A DNA stretch of 64,000 nt from Mobula hypostoma. Its lineage: Eukaryota. Positions 1 to 12,834 of this stretch are shown here, in pieces. Location: contig NC_086107.1 of assembly GCF_963921235.1 (NCBI RefSeq), positions 112,098,001-112,162,000 of the forward strand. The letters run 5' to 3'. The translations under genes and the position numbers were made by a program. Positions within the stretch are counted from its first letter, which is position 1. Every line of letters begins with the position of its first letter. The notes beneath the pieces were generated by a model. It had not been told where the DNA came from. It made no database searches and saw only the letters and a list, made by a program, of their open reading frames with translations.

Positions 1-1262
1 TATTCCTGGTCAGACCATCAATCCTCATTGGAGCAGGAAAGTGGATTCAACCAGTAGAAAGCACCTGAAAGGATTAGTGTTCATGAAAATGCCAAGAATC
101 ATCAGGAATGCATCACACAGTGGAAAGAAATTTAGCTGGAAACAGGAGTTATTGACGCGGTATTTCAGTCACAGATTGAGAAGGAAAAGCAGAAGTGGCA
201 TGATATTTTGACGAGAATCCTTCACTGCATAAGATTCCTTGCGACTCAGAACCTGGCTTTGCAAGGACACGGCAAGTCACTTCAGCTAAACGATGACTCC
301 AATGTGGGAAAATTTCCTTGGCTTACTGAAACTACTGGCCATCTTTGACCCTGTCATAAAAGAACACCTCACTCATTTGGGAAGTCATCCTGGATCCACG
401 TCTTATCTTTTACCGGGTGTCCAGAACGAATTCATCCGCATGATGGCATCCACTGTTCACCAGAGTTTACTGAGAAGCATTCGTAAAGCCAAGTACTATG
501 GACTCATGTTCGGTTTGACTCCTGATCAGGCACACCGTGAGCAGATGTCAGAAGTAGTGAGGTATGTGGAAGTTGATTTTGAGAGGAAAACAGTCCGTGT
601 TACAGAGTCCTTCCTTGGTTTTATCCAGATAAGCCAGAAGGATGCTGACAGCTTGGTTGAAGACATCTTGAAACAGCAAGAGAAGGACGAAATGGAGCTA
701 CAAGATTGTCGGTCACAGTACCATGACAATGCTGCTGTGATGGCTGGACACAGAAGTGGTGTTCATCAAAGAATAAGTGAGAAAAACAAGTTGGCAGTGT
801 TTGCGAATTGTGACAATCACTCACTCAACTTGGTGGGTGTACATGCAGCCAAGCAGGATACAATGATGGTCAAGTATTTTTTTGGAACCATCGAAGCTCT
901 CTGCGTGTTTTTCTCTCGTTCAACAGAGCGCTGGGAAAAACTCAAAAACGCTGTGCCTGCGGTTGTTAAGTCGGAGTCCGAAACCAGGTGGAGTGCAAGG
1001 ACAGAAGCAGTGAAGCTCGTCAACAAGTAACTTGAGGAGATACTTCAAGTTCTCCAGGACACAACAGACAATGAAAGCAAGACCAGTGAAACAAGAAGTG
1101 ACGCAAGGCAGCTGTACAACCGCATGTTGAGTTATGATTTTCTGATTTTGCTAGGATTTTGGAACAAAGTACTCATTCGCATTGACCGTATTCAAAAGAG
1201 GCTGCAGGATCCTAGCATGAACTTCCACGATGTTGCCCTGGATTCGAAAGCCCTTCGAGATC
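1..1262 (+). mobile_element. Degenerate hAT-superfamily DNA transposase (ZMYM1/ZBED-like), truncated at window edge
   Basis: ORF 293..1030 has hAT motifs TPDQAHREQMSEVVRYV, CRSQYHDNAAVMAG, CDNHSLNLV (CxxH) and ETRWSAR. Continues in 1124..1324 after a stop. Frameshifted. Confidence 0.85.
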
Positions 1263-2354
1263 CAGGAAAAGGGGACATCAAAATAGATGTGAACACAAAC
1301 TCAAGAAAAAAAAACTATATATAAAAACAGACAATACAAAAAAAAGAGGCCCAAGTGAACATTCATCCCCGAGATAATGCAAAGGCTTCAGACAGCATAG
1401 GACTTAAAGCATTTTGCATTTGTCTTTACAGTTGAAGAAATACTCCATTAGTCCCAAGTAATGCAGGGAAGGCATTAATTGTCATGCCATGAGAATTCAT
1501 ACTGGGTGAACAAATAGAGCCAATAACCAATACATTTCCATCCCAGGATTTTAAGAGCAGCAAACAGTATGGTGGACGTGCATGTATAATCTTCTGGAGA
1601 AGTGAGCTTTCCAATCTTCTGGTAATATGATACCTCTGTTCAAAAAGTGAAACAGGCAACAGCGAGATAGCCTAAAAGCCAATTAACCCAATTTCAGTTG
1701 TTGAGAAGAATATGGAAATGAATACGGAAGTGTATCGAAGAGACTGAACCTGATGTTTGGACGATGATTTAGGCTAGACTGAAAAGGTCAGGGTGTTGGG
1801 GTCCCAGGCGAGGGACAGGCGAGTTCAGCTCGCTGCTCTGCTCAGAACTAAGGGTCTGGGGACAGACTCCTTTTGTGGACTTCAGTTCAGAACTCCATTT
1901 GCTTGTGGTTATTGTTTGCATGATTTGTTTTTTTCCCCGTCTCTCCACGCATCAGGGGTTTTTTTGTTTCATGGCTGCCAAGGAGATGAATCTCAAGGTC
2001 ATATAATGTATACATAATTTGATAATAAATGTACTTTGAACTTTGAGGTAAAAAAGCCTACTTGGAAAAAAAAATCAAACTAATCAAGTTAGTACATCTT
2101 CATAAAGCAGAGATAGTGTACAACTAACAGAACATTCAAGGAAACTTCAGAGGATAAAGGGAATGAGGAAATGTATTTGGACTTCTTGAAGGCATTCAAT
2201 TTCCATCAAAAGGTGGTCATATCAGAGACCAAGGTGTTTGAATCAACATATTAGCATGTGCCAACTACAAGGAAGCAGCAAGGTGGTAATTTTCAACCTA
2301 GCAACCTGTAAATAATGGTACAAGGAACAGTAGTGTAACCACAACTACACTATA

Positions 2355-2961
2355 CACTCAGTAGCCACTTTATTAGATACCACCTGTAAGCTAAATGTGG
2401 CCACTCAGTGTATGTTTGTGGTCTTCTGCTGCTATAACCCATCCATTGCAAGGTTGGATGTGCTGTGTGTTGAGATGCTCTTGTGTACACCATTGTTGTA
2501 ATGTGTGGTTATGTCAGCTTAAACCAGTCTGGCCACTCACAGAATCTGAATCAGGTTTAATATCACTGGCATATGTTGTGAAACTTCTTGTTTTACAGCA
2601 GAAGATTTCCTCCAACCTCTCTCACTAACAAGGGACTTTTGCGCAAAGAACTGCCCCGATTAGATTTTCTTTTGTACCATTCTCTGTAAACGTTGGAGAC
2701 TATTGTGTATGAAAATCCCAGGAGATCAGCAGTTTCTGAGATACTCAAACCACCCAATCTGGCACTAACAATCATTCCATGGTCAAAGTCACTTAAATCA
2801 CATTTTCTCCCCATTCTGAAGTTTGGTCTGAACAACAACTGAACCTCTTCACCATGTCTGCATTCTTTTGTGTGTTGAGTTGCTGCCACATGATTGGCCG
2901 ATTAGATATTTGTATTAATGAGGTGTAGACATACTTAATATAGTAAAGTGGCCACCTAGTG
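2355..2961 (-). mobile_element. Non-autonomous Tc1-like element (~600 bp)
   Basis: Imperfect TIRs CACTCAGTAGCCACTTTATTA / TAGTAAAGTGGCCACCTAGTG flanked by TA. Tc1 HTH fragment MGRKCDLSDFDHGMIVSAR..SISETADLLGFS (ORF 2593..2889). Confidence 0.85.
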
Positions 2962-2999
2962 TACAAATGTAAGGAATTCTTACAGCAACTGTTCAATAC

Positions 3000-3500
3000 T
3001 ATACTATGATTATATTTGGAGTGTTGTGAACAATTTTGATCCTCCTCAAATTTAAAGTTATTTGCATGGAGGGAAGGTTCTCCAAATAAATAAATAAAAG
3101 GTGCAGAGGGGTTACCCTATGAGGAAAGGTTAAACATGATGGGACAATTTAGACAGAGAGGTGATCTTATTGAAACATACAGTTTATGAAAGGGTGAAAG
3201 GGCACTAGACAGGGCAAATGGTGTGAGGACTTCCTTTCATAGGAGAGTCCAAATCCAGAGGGCAAGGTCTCACATCAGAGGGAGCCCACTTAAAAATTAA
3301 GGTGAGGAAGAATTTAACTCAGAAGGCTGCAAGTTTTTGAAACTCTTTGCATAAGGGCTGTGGACACAGAGTCTTAAATTCAAGGACGTGATAGATGGAT
3401 GTAATCAATTAAGAGGGCTATTGGGATAAAGGGAAGGAAACCTGACTGTAGGAATGTCAGATCATGACCCTGAGGTCTTGAGTTAACTGTTCCTCCATTT
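3000..3500 (+). mobile_element. Old CR1 LINE 3' fragment
   Basis: Degenerate match to CR1 3' ends elsewhere in the window (gaggtgatcttattgaaacatac, ggagagtccaaatccagagggca, gaggaagaattt). Confidence 0.6.
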
Positions 3501-4082
3501 TATGATCTAATTCCATATTAAAAACACAAGGTATAGTGGAGAAAGTCCGAAGTTTTACTAGGAAATGAACAAGGATTATTTTTGGTTAGAAGGGATACTT
3601 TTGGACCCAACCTCACAGAAATTGGGAGAGGGAGGGCCAGTCAGCAGGAATATGGCTGGTCAAAGATCATGGTTAACCAACTACATAGCTCTATTTAAAT
3701 CTGACTCATACTGAAATGGCACATAGGGTACTGTAGCCCAGAGTTCATCACAATCTTCAGAAACTTGACCCAGTGTTATGCAGCTTGCATTCTATCTCAT
3801 GTCAGGGAAACCCCATTCAATGCAGACAGGACACACGCAGTTGAGGAATAGGCCACATGGCTCAGTTGCTGCAGAGACACTGGAGATCCATAATGTCTGT
3901 GCACATTCTAACAACATGACATCATTTTTCTTCTCTGGGTCATTTGCTTTCTGAATGGGAAATCTGGATCAAATCTCAATTCACAGCTGGTCGGTCGGTT
4001 TAACACAAGACAGTTCCCTTGGGAAATTCACAGTACACAAATATCTAGCTCCGCATACAAAGGCAGTGAAGGTTAAAACTTC

Positions 4083-4385
4083 ACGGTAGCATAGCAGATG
4101 GTACAACACTATTACAGCTCGGGGCGGAGTTTAGAGTTCAATTCCGGCGTCCTCTGTAAGCAAGTTTGTATGTTCCTTCCTGTTGTAATGTTTCCTCTGG
4201 GTGCTCCGGTTTCCTCCCACATTCCAAAGTAGTATGGTTAGAATTAGTGGGTTGTGGCCATGCTATGTTGTTACCAGAAGTGCAGCAACACTTGCAGGCT
4301 ACCCATCTTTGATCTGTGATGGTCATTGACACAATGCATTTCACTCTATGTTGTACATGTGACATACAAAGCTAATATCTTTAGC
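4083..4385 (+). mobile_element. V-SINE (tRNA-derived, HE1-like)
   Basis: tRNA-like head (GGTAGCATAGC...GTTCAATTCC) and V-domain core GGGTGCTCCGGTTTCCTCCCACA. Confidence 0.7.
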
Positions 4386-4624
4386 TTTTGAGATGTAGGG
4401 TCATGGTTTCCCAAAGACGAAGTGCTTGATCAAGCCTTGCGACTGGTATATTTGGGTCTGGACATCAGGGAGTGTACCTGTGAAATATTGGATCTTTGTT
4501 TCCTTGAGCGAACTAGTGGGGTGTTGGTTTAATGACTCACCAGAAAGATTTCAAAAGAGTTGTGCCTTCTTGGCATTGCACTGGAGCGTCAGACTATTTT
4601 CTTTTCCCCCTCTCTTCTTCACTC

Positions 4625-5075
4625 ACTAGGGGATCAACCAAGTATGGTACCCAAACTACAGTGAAGCTGCACCAGAGCCGAGTTCTGTCCACACTCTTGT
4701 ATGGGACAGAATGCTGGTACACGATAGAGAAAGACCTTGCCAAGTATTCGTCATTCCACACCATGAGCCTCCCAAAGATTTCTGTATTTTCTGGCCAAAA
4801 GAGATCTCCAACTACACCCTACTCCTTCAGTATCGCCAAGAGAACATGGGCACAATCATCATGATGAAACATTAGATGACGGATTGGGGACGTGATGAGA
4901 AGACAGGCCAACTCCATCAAGACAGCACTTCATTTGATCGCTGAAGGACTGAGGAAATGTGGGAGACCAAAGACAACTGTAGAGATAGAAATGAGGACTC
5001 TGAACGTGACCCGGGGCAAAATAGAGAAGGTGGCCAAGGACAGAGAGATGGAGGTCCTTCATTGCTGCCCTAAAT
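4625..5075 (+). mobile_element. RTE-clade LINE 3' fragment
   Basis: Translations VLSTLLYGTECW and KTALH..EG.RKCGRPKTT resemble the RTE ORF C-terminus. Confidence 0.7.
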
Positions 5076-5419
5076 GCCAACAGGGTAACAGGCACAGCAG
5101 CAGCGTTATTTTTTTTGGGAGACATTTGAGGGAGGGGGAGATGATGTCAAAAATAAACCAAAATATTGCTTTAAATGGAAAATAAGGTACAGGTCTATGG
5201 ATTGTGAAGAAATATCTTGCATGCAGATTGACTGCCCAGCAAGGACTTTGGAGAGAACAGTGAAATTGAAGGTATTAGCATTGTTTTGACAAACGAGTTG
5301 AAGAGATAATGTGGTCCTTGCTCAGTGGTTTTACATTAGAATGGTCTTTCTCATGGGTTTCAATTGTTTTAAGAAATGGCCAGGGTACATAACAGATGCT
5401 GACAGAGATACCTCTTAAA

Positions 5420-6190
5420 GATCAGCTTTATTTGTCATATGTACCTCAAAGCATACAGTGAAATGTGGCCTTTGTGTCAAATCATATCAGTGAGGATTGT
5501 GCTGAGCAACCTAGCCTGCAAGTGTTGCCATATATACTTCTGGCAACAAGATAACTTGCACTCAACTCACGAACCCGTATGTCTTTGGAATAGAGATGGA
5601 AAATGGAGCACTGGAAGAATCTCACAGTCACAGGGAGACAATACAAACTCCTTGCAGACAGCCAAAGTCAAATTTATTAGCATAGTATGTACATATATTA
5701 CAATATGCTACCTTGAGATTCATTTTCTTGTGGCATTCACAGAATTTATGAAAAAAATATACGCAAATAAAAGACTGACAAACTAATTGCAAAAGGCACC
5801 AAATTGTGGAAATAAAAAAAAGTATAAGTATAAAGTATAACACGGAGAGCATAAGTTGTAAAGAGTCCTTGAAAGCGAGTCCATAGGTTATGAAATCAGT
5901 TCAGTGTTGAGATGAGTGAAGTTATCCATGCTGGTTCAGGAGCCCTGATGGTTGAAGGGCAATAACTGTTCCTAAACCTGGTGGTGCGGGACCCAAGGCT
6001 CATGTACCTCTTGCCCGATTGTAGTAGAGAGAAGAGTGTATGGCCTGGATGGTGGGGCCCTTGAGAATGTATGCTGCTTTCTTGGGGCAGTGCTCCATTA
6101 AATGTGTTCAATGATCAGGACAGTGGCAGAATTGAACCTGGGTCACTGGTGCTGTAAAGCATTATGCTAACCACTACGCTACCATGTCAC
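5420..6190 (-). mobile_element. V-SINE split by a Rex1/Babar-type LINE 3' fragment (~5663-6115)
   Basis: SINE body at 5420-5660 resumes with its tRNA head at ~6118-6190. The insert translates HHPGHTLFSLLQSGKRY..TTRFRNSY. Confidence 0.65.
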
Positions 6191-6306
6191 ACCTTCCTTT
6201 TCTCCTAAGTACCCTCTGTTTGACCTTTCATCCACACAATAAGACAATGTAATTTTTGCATATGAAGTCTACTCAGTGTAAGCATTGCTACTATGTGGTT
6301 CTTTAC

Positions 6307-6796
6307 CTGAAGGGTCATCCAAATTACATCTGTCCACTTCCCTTTCACTTTCAGAGGCTGTTCTCTCGTCAGTCTCTGCAGCTCCAGAGTCACATTCCGT
6401 CGCTGGTCTCAGTTTTGTTGAGCTCTGACTGTCAGACGATAAGCTCCCCTTGCCATAGATGGACGGGTAGCTCTTGGAGAAGGAGTCCTCAGCACTGCTT
6501 TCATCCTCCTTTGTGTCTTTTGCATTGCCACGCTCGGGGATGGTACAGCTGGTGTAGGTAGAGGTCTTGTGGAAAACAGCAATATCGTCCAGGTAGTGCT
6601 TGGTGGCGTCTGAGAGGGTCCCAGTGCCATGGACCACATAGGCAAGGTTCGATTGCAGCTTCGGCCGGTAAGCAGTCAACAGGGCAACATCATTGCCCGT
6701 TTGCTGACGATACTTGTCCACTGCACAGACTAGAGAGTCCCAACTCTCTCGGTGGTTATCAAGCATGTCAGTCATCATTGTAGTAGGTGTAGTTGC
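6307..6796 (-). CDS. Candidate host coding exon (490 nt) of an unidentified gene; possible start ATG at 6778
   Basis: Non-repetitive and open frame throughout (ATTPTTMMTDMLDNHRESWDSLVCAVDKYRQ...LDDPS). Branch point and pyrimidine tract ctaatcctactgtcttgtctttctgttatcccacag|G, and donor CAG|GTAAAG (phase 1). Confidence 0.7.
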
Positions 6797-6924
6797 CTGT
6801 GGGATAACAGAAAGACAAGACAGTAGGATTAGAAATGTGTGTCAAGACAACAATGGTAAGGTTTCAGCTACAGTATCTTATTTAATTCTGACCACCACAT
6901 TGGAGGATGCCTTTTTGAAATAAA

Positions 6925-7635
6925 GCAGCTACATTTCATCAGTTTAAGGAGATTTGGTTTGTCACCTTAAACACTTGAAAACTTCTATAGATGTACGGTG
7001 GAGAGCATTCTGTTGGATTGCATCATTGTCTGGCATGGGGGGGGGTATCAAAAGCTACAGAAAGTTGTAAAATTAGAACAAAAAAGGTTGAAGCATGACT
7101 TTCATGAAGCAGACAAGGGCAAACTGTTTCTGATGGTCAGAGGACAGGGTGGAGCATTCAACAGGAAACATTTTTTATATATACACATTAGGTTGTTATG
7201 ATCTCCACTGATCATGGACTTCAGAAAGGGTAAGGTGGAGGGAACACACACCAGTCCTCAGAGGGATCAGAAGTGGAAAGAGTGAGCAAGTTCAAGTTAC
7301 TGGGCGTCAACATCTAAGGATCTATCCTGCCCTACATATTGATGCAGATGTAAAGATGACACAACAGCAGGTGTACGTACTTCATGAGTTTGAGGAGATT
7401 TGGCATGTCACCAAAGACACTCATGAACTGTGGAGAGCATTCTAACTGGCTGTGTCACCATCTGGTATGCGGGGGGGGGGGGGAGAGGAGGCTACTGTAC
7501 AGGATTGAAATAAGCTGCAGAGTTGTAAACTCAGTCAGCTCTATCATGGATGGGCATTGGTCTCCATAATATCCAGTACATCTTCAAGGAGCAATACCTC
7601 AAAAAGGCAGCATCCATCATTTAAGGATTCCCATC
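6925..7635 (+). mobile_element. Rex1/Babar-type LINE fragments
   Basis: ESILLDCIIVW, LRRFGMSPKTL and FKDSHHLGHALF match the abundant LINE family seen at 60-64 kb. Confidence 0.65.
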
Positions 7636-8989
7636 ACCTAGGCCATGCCTTGTTCCAATCAATGAGATTGGAGGTATGGATTGTAGAGTTGCCCTGCCCC
7701 ATGAAAAAAAAGCACACAGTCAGGTTATGGACAGAACCTGCTCTTCTCAAAAAAGATCTGTTTATGTGCACCATGCCTCGATCAAAACCACTTTCAGAGG
7801 ACCTTACAAGAATTGTAGAGATGTATGAAGCTGGAAAAGGCTCCAGAAGCATTTCTAAAGACCTGAGTGTTCACCAGTCCACAGTAAGAGATTGTGTACA
7901 AAATGGAGCAAATTTAGTATCTTTGCTACTCTCCCTAGGAGTAGGTGTCCTGCAAAGGTTGCAGCAAGAGCACAAAGTGCAATGCTGAAGGAGATGAAAA
8001 AGAACCCAAGGGCAACAGTAAAAGACCTACAGAAATCTCTGGAACTTCCTAACATCTCTGTTCAAGTGTTCACTACAAGAAAAACACTGAACAAAAACAG
8101 TGTTCACGGAAGGACCCTGAGGAAACAACTGCTCTCTGAGGAAAAAAAAATAAACCGACAAACAGTGTTGCACGTCTAAAGTTTGCAAAAGACTTCTGGG
8201 ACAATGTTCTGTGGATATAGGAGACAAAAGTTGAACTTCTTGGCAGAAATGCACACCACTATATTTGGAGGAAAAAAAAGAGAACACTGCACACCAACAC
8301 CAAAACCTCATCCCAACTGTGAAGCATGGTGGAAGGAGCATCATGGTTTCGTGCTCCTTTGCTCTCTCAGGGCCTGGGCACCCTGTAATCGAACAGGGAA
8401 CAACAAATTCAAAATTGTATCACGACATTTTCCAGGAGGATGTCAGGGTAGTGGCCTGTCACCTGAAGCTTAATAGAAGTTGGATGATGCAACAAGATAA
8501 TGATCTGAAACAGAATAATTTAAAAAGAAGAAAATTTCTATTTTGAAGTGGCTAAGTCAGAGTCCAGACCTTAACCCAATCGAGATGCTGTGGCATGTCC
8601 TGAAGAGGGCTGTTCATGTAAAGTATCCCAGAAATATTGATGAACTGGAATAGTTTTGTATGGAGGAATGGTCTAAAATTCCTCCTCATCGTTGTGCAAG
8701 GCTGACCAGCAGCTACAGAAAATGTTTGGTGGAGGTTATTGCTGCTAAGGAGGTTCTACCAGTTTTTAAAAAAAAAACACAGGAGTTCACACACTTTTTC
8801 CCAGTGTGGATTGTGAATGATTAATCAATGTGTTCAATAACGACATGAAAAGTACAACTGTTTGTGTGTTATTAATTTAGGCAGATTGTTTGTCTGATAT
8901 CGTGACTTAGATAAAGATCAGACATTTTATGTGTAATTAATGCAGAAAATCAGAAATTGCAAAGGGTTCAAACTTTTTCTTACAAATGT
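7636..8989 (+). mobile_element. Tc1-like transposon (family A), 5'-truncated, pseudogenised transposase
   Basis: MPRSKPLSEDL..IVEMYEAGKG, KKNPRATVKDLQKSL, PTVKHGGRSIMV, MQQDND and [16 protein letters not shown] sequence spread over broken frames. Confidence 0.85.
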
Positions 8990-8994
8990 ACATA

Positions 8995-10574
8995 CAGTGT
9001 CATGCAAAAGCTTGTGCACCCCGGTTAAAATTTATGTTACTGTGAATAGTTGAGTAGATGAACTGATTTCCAAAAGTCATAAAGTTAAAGATGAAACATT
9101 CTTTTCAACATTTTAAGCAAGATTAGTGTATTATTTTTGTTTTGTACAATTTTAGAGTCGGGGGAGGAGAAAAAGGAAAGGAGCACCATGCAAAAGTTTG
9201 GGCACCCCAAGAGATTTGAGCTCTCAGATAACCTTTACAAAGGTATCAGACCTTAATTAGCTTGTTAGGGCTACGGCTTGTTCACAGTCATCATTAGGAA
9301 AGGCCAGGTGATGCAAATTTCAAAGCTTTATAAATACCCTGACTCCTCAAACCTTATCCCAACAATCAGCAGACATAGGCTCCTCTAAGCAGCTGCATAG
9401 CACTCTGAAAATTAAAATAAATGATGCCCACAAAGCAGAAGTCTATAAGATAGCAAAGCATTTTCAGGTAGCGATTTTCTCAGTTCGTAATGTAATTAAG
9501 AAATCGCCATCAACAGGAATGGTGGAGGTCAAGTTGAGGCCTGGAAAACCAAGAAAACTTTCCAAGAGAACTGCTTGTAGGGTTGCTAGAAAGGCAAATC
9601 AAAACCCCCATTTGACTGCAAAAAACCTTCAGGAAGATTTAGCAGACTCTGGAGTGGTGGTGCACTGCTCTACTGTGCAGCGACACCTGCACAAATATGA
9701 CAATCATGGAAGAGTCATCAGAAGAAAACCTTTCCTGTGTCCTCACCACAAAATTCCACGTCAGAAGTTTGCAAAGGAACATCTAAACAAGCTTGATGCA
9801 TTTTGGAAATAAATCCTGTGGACTGATGAAGTTAAAATAGAACTTTTTGGCTGCAATGAACAAAGGTATGTTTGGAGAAAAAAGGGTGCAGAATTTCATG
9901 AAAAGAACACCTCTCCAACTGTTAAGCATGGGGGTGGATCGATCATGCACGGGGAGTATTTCACTGGTAGAGGGAAGAATGAATTCAATTAAATACCAAC
10001 AAATTCTAGAAGCAAACATCATACCATCTGTAAAAAAGCTGAAGATGAAAAGAGGATGGCTTCTACAACAAGATAATGATCCTAAACACACCTCAAAATC
10101 CACAATGGACTACCTCAAGGTGCAAGCTGAAGGTTTTGCCATGGCCCTCAGTCCCCCAACCTAAACATATTGAAAATCTGTGGATAGACCTCAAGAGCAG
10201 TGCATGCAAGACGGCCCAAGAATCTCACAGAACTAGAAGCCTTTTGCAAGGAAGAATGGGTGAAAATCTCCCAAACAAGAATTGAAAGACTCTTAGCTGA
10301 CTACAGAAAGCGTTTACAAGCTGTGATACTTGTCAAAGGGGGTGTTACGAAGTACTGACCATGCAGGGTGCCCAAACTTTTGCTTTGGACCCTTTTCCTT
10401 TTTTGCTATTTTGAAACTGTAAAAGATAGAAATAAAGTAATCTTGCTTAAAATATTTTAAAAATGTGTCATCTTTAACTTTATGACCTGATTTCCAAAAG
10501 GCATCTTTTACTCGCCTAGCTATTCACAGTAACAGAAATTTTGACCGGGGTGCCCAAACTTATGCATGCCACTG
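8995..10574 (+). mobile_element. Full-length IR/DR-type Tc1 transposon (family B), inactive
   Basis: TIRs CAGTGTCATGCAAAAG... / ...CTTATGCATGCCACTG. Inner DRs ATGCAAAAGTTTGGGCACCC (~9188) and GGGTGCCCAAACTTTTGC (~10366). Transposase fragments RPGKPRKLS, HGRVIRRKP, LQQDNDPKH. Confidence 0.9.
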
Positions 10575-10943
10575 TGGAGGCACCATTCCATCCAAAAGTT
10601 TGTGAGTTCTCCCCTCAAGTAGCACCAGTTGCTTGGGTTTTAACAACAGTTGAAGAGGGTGAGGCTGTGAGATCAGACTCTCAAACTAAGCAGCCAATAA
10701 CTTAGGACAGAACCAGGTTTCTCAATCCAGAGCGCAAGTAATAATTCTGTACACAGGACGTCTGTGAAAGCTCAGTCTGAAGGCTCAGCTGAAAGGTGAA
10801 ACCTATTTTTTTTTTGAAATTGAGGGAATTATGGGGTTAGTATGAGAATGTGGCACTGAGTCAAAAGAATAGCCATAATCTTGAAAAGCAGGGCACACTG
10901 AATGATTTACTTGTTTTTAAGATCAACACACACATACAATGTT

Positions 10944-11090
10944 AGTCCTTCAGTTAGTCCTGACGAAGGGTCTTGGCCTGAAACGTCAACTGCACCTCTT
11001 CCTACAGATGCTGCCTGGCCTGCTGCGTTCACCAGCAACTTTGATGTGTGTTGCTTGAATTTCCAGCATCTGCAGAATTCCTGTTGTTTG
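10944..11090 (+). mobile_element. Short Penelope terminal module with hammerhead core
   Basis: TSD CATACAATGTT (10933-10943 / 11091-11101). Contains agtcCTGACGA..GAAAcGTC at 10956-10991. Matches the 3' end of the PLE at 16133. Confidence 0.85.
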
Positions 11091-11540
11091 CATACAATGT
11101 TGGAGGTATTCAGCAGGTCAGACCTATATCTATGGAAATGAATAAACATATTGGACTGAGACCCTCATTCAGGGCTGGAAAGGAAGGGGGGAAAGATCCC
11201 AGAATAACAAGGTGGAGGGTGGGGGGAGGAGGGAAAGAGGCTGGCTGGAAGGTGATGGATGAAGCTAGGTGGTTGGGAAAGGTCAAGGGCTAGAGAAGAA
11301 AGAATCTGATAGGAGCAGAGAGTGGACCATAGTGAAAAAAAGAGGGAAGGAGGAGGGGCCCCAGGGGCAAGAAATATGCAGATGAGAAGAGTAGAAGGTT
11401 AGAGTGGGGAACAGAGGGAGGGGGAGGAATTTGGTTCCCAGAAGGAGAAATCAATATTCATTCCATCAGGTTGAAGGTTACCCAGATAGAATACAAGGTG
11501 TTGCTCCACCTTGAAGGTGGCCTCGTCTTGGCACATTTAC
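11091..11540 (-). mobile_element. Older Penelope-like 3' fragment (host of the 10944 insertion)
   Basis: ccatcaggttgaaggttacccagatagaatacaaggtgttgctcc matches the GIY-YIG C-terminal region of the 16.6 kb PLE. Purine-rich tract follows. Confidence 0.7.
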
Positions 11541-11786
11541 CCAATTGGTCCCGCTTTGCCCAGCAAGTTAGCTGCCACGCTCCCAATCACGCCACTGTAT
11601 CTGGCATTCCAATGCTTATCACAACCAGCTGAGAAAGAGGCCTACTGACCCACCACACACAAGCCAACTGTGAAGTACCAATCAAAACTAATCTCATTAA
11701 TCAGCACTTTGTCTGAAAGCAGGAGAAAATAGTTTACAAGTGCAAGATGCTTTTAATTTCCAAGGAGTGAAAAAGATTGTTACTGC

Positions 11787-11975
11787 CGGCAAGTGGTATA
11801 GTGGCATCAGCACTGGACTTTGAGGCAAATGGTCTCAGGTTTGAATCCAGCTGGCTCCTTGCACACTTTCTATTTGTGCTGGGTTGAGCATTGAGCTAGA
11901 AACTTGGCCTCGTTAAAAAACAAACAAAATGCTAAAAAGACAAGGATACACTACAAGGCACAGAAAAGAACAAAA
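11787..11975 (+). mobile_element. Short tRNA-headed SINE (second copy on - strand ~58800-58972)
   Basis: A-box-like GTGGTATAGTGG and B-box-like GGTTTGAATCC. A homologous reverse copy lies at 58.8 kb. Confidence 0.55.
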
Positions 11976-12167
11976 AGACTTGTTTGTGTCTGACACCAGA
12001 CCATGAATCTAGGATAAATACAAGAATGCATGACCTGACATGGCTATCAAATGACTTGTAGATAATACTTATTTAGAGCTACAGCATGATAATTGGCCCA
12101 ACCCCCCCAAATGCAACCATGTGACCAATTAACCTGGGAATGTGGGAGGAAACCCATGCGTTCATAA

Positions 12168-12582
12168 GACCATAAGGTATAGGAGCTGAAGTAGGTCATT
12201 CAGCTTATCAAGTCTGTTCCACCATTCAGTCATGGCTGATCCAATTCTTCCAATCATCCTCACTCCCCTGCCTTCACCCCATACCCTTTGATGCCCTGGC
12301 TAATCAAGAACCTATCTCTGCCTTAAATACTCCCAATGACTTGGCCTCCACAGCAACTTGTGGCAACAAATTCCACAGATTTATCGCCCACTATTATTTA
12401 ACTATTTATGGTTCTATTACTATTATTTATGGTGCAACTGTAATGAAAACCAATTTCCCCCAGGATCAATAAAGTATGACTATGACTGACTAAAGTAATT
12501 TCTCTGCATCTCAGTTCTAAATGGACGTCCTTCAATCTTGAAGTCGTGCCTACTTGTCCTAGACTCTCCTACCTTGGGAAAT
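12168..12582 (-). mobile_element. CR1 3' end, interrupted by a LINE tail fragment (~12390-12488)
   Basis: CR1 tail cataagaccataag.. and aattccacagattta. The insert ends aataaagtatgactatgact, also seen at ~37040. Confidence 0.65.
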
Positions 12583-12834
12583 AGGGGAGAATGTATGAAC
12601 TGCTTGCAGGCTGTGGTGGAATTGAACCTGCAATTGCTGGTGCTGTAATAGCATTACTGCCACAATATTTAATTTCGCTCTTTCCATTTTCAAATTGTGA
12701 TTAGCACGTCTCTAGTTGCAGAACTGTCAGTTTTAGATACGACCAAACTGGAAAACTAGCATTATAGTGGAAAGTATCCCGGTTCATATACAGAATCTTT
12801 TAAGTTCCACACCACCAGGTTCAAGAACAGCTAT

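Noticed and set aside
293..1030. Domesticated ZBED/ZMYM-like host gene
   Set aside because: Frameshift near 293, stop at 1030 and altered catalytic-region residues indicate a decayed hAT transposon.
4083..4150. tRNA genes at A/B-box-like sequences (also 11787, 12835, 62345)
   Set aside because: No cloverleaf. They are SINE heads followed by SINE bodies.
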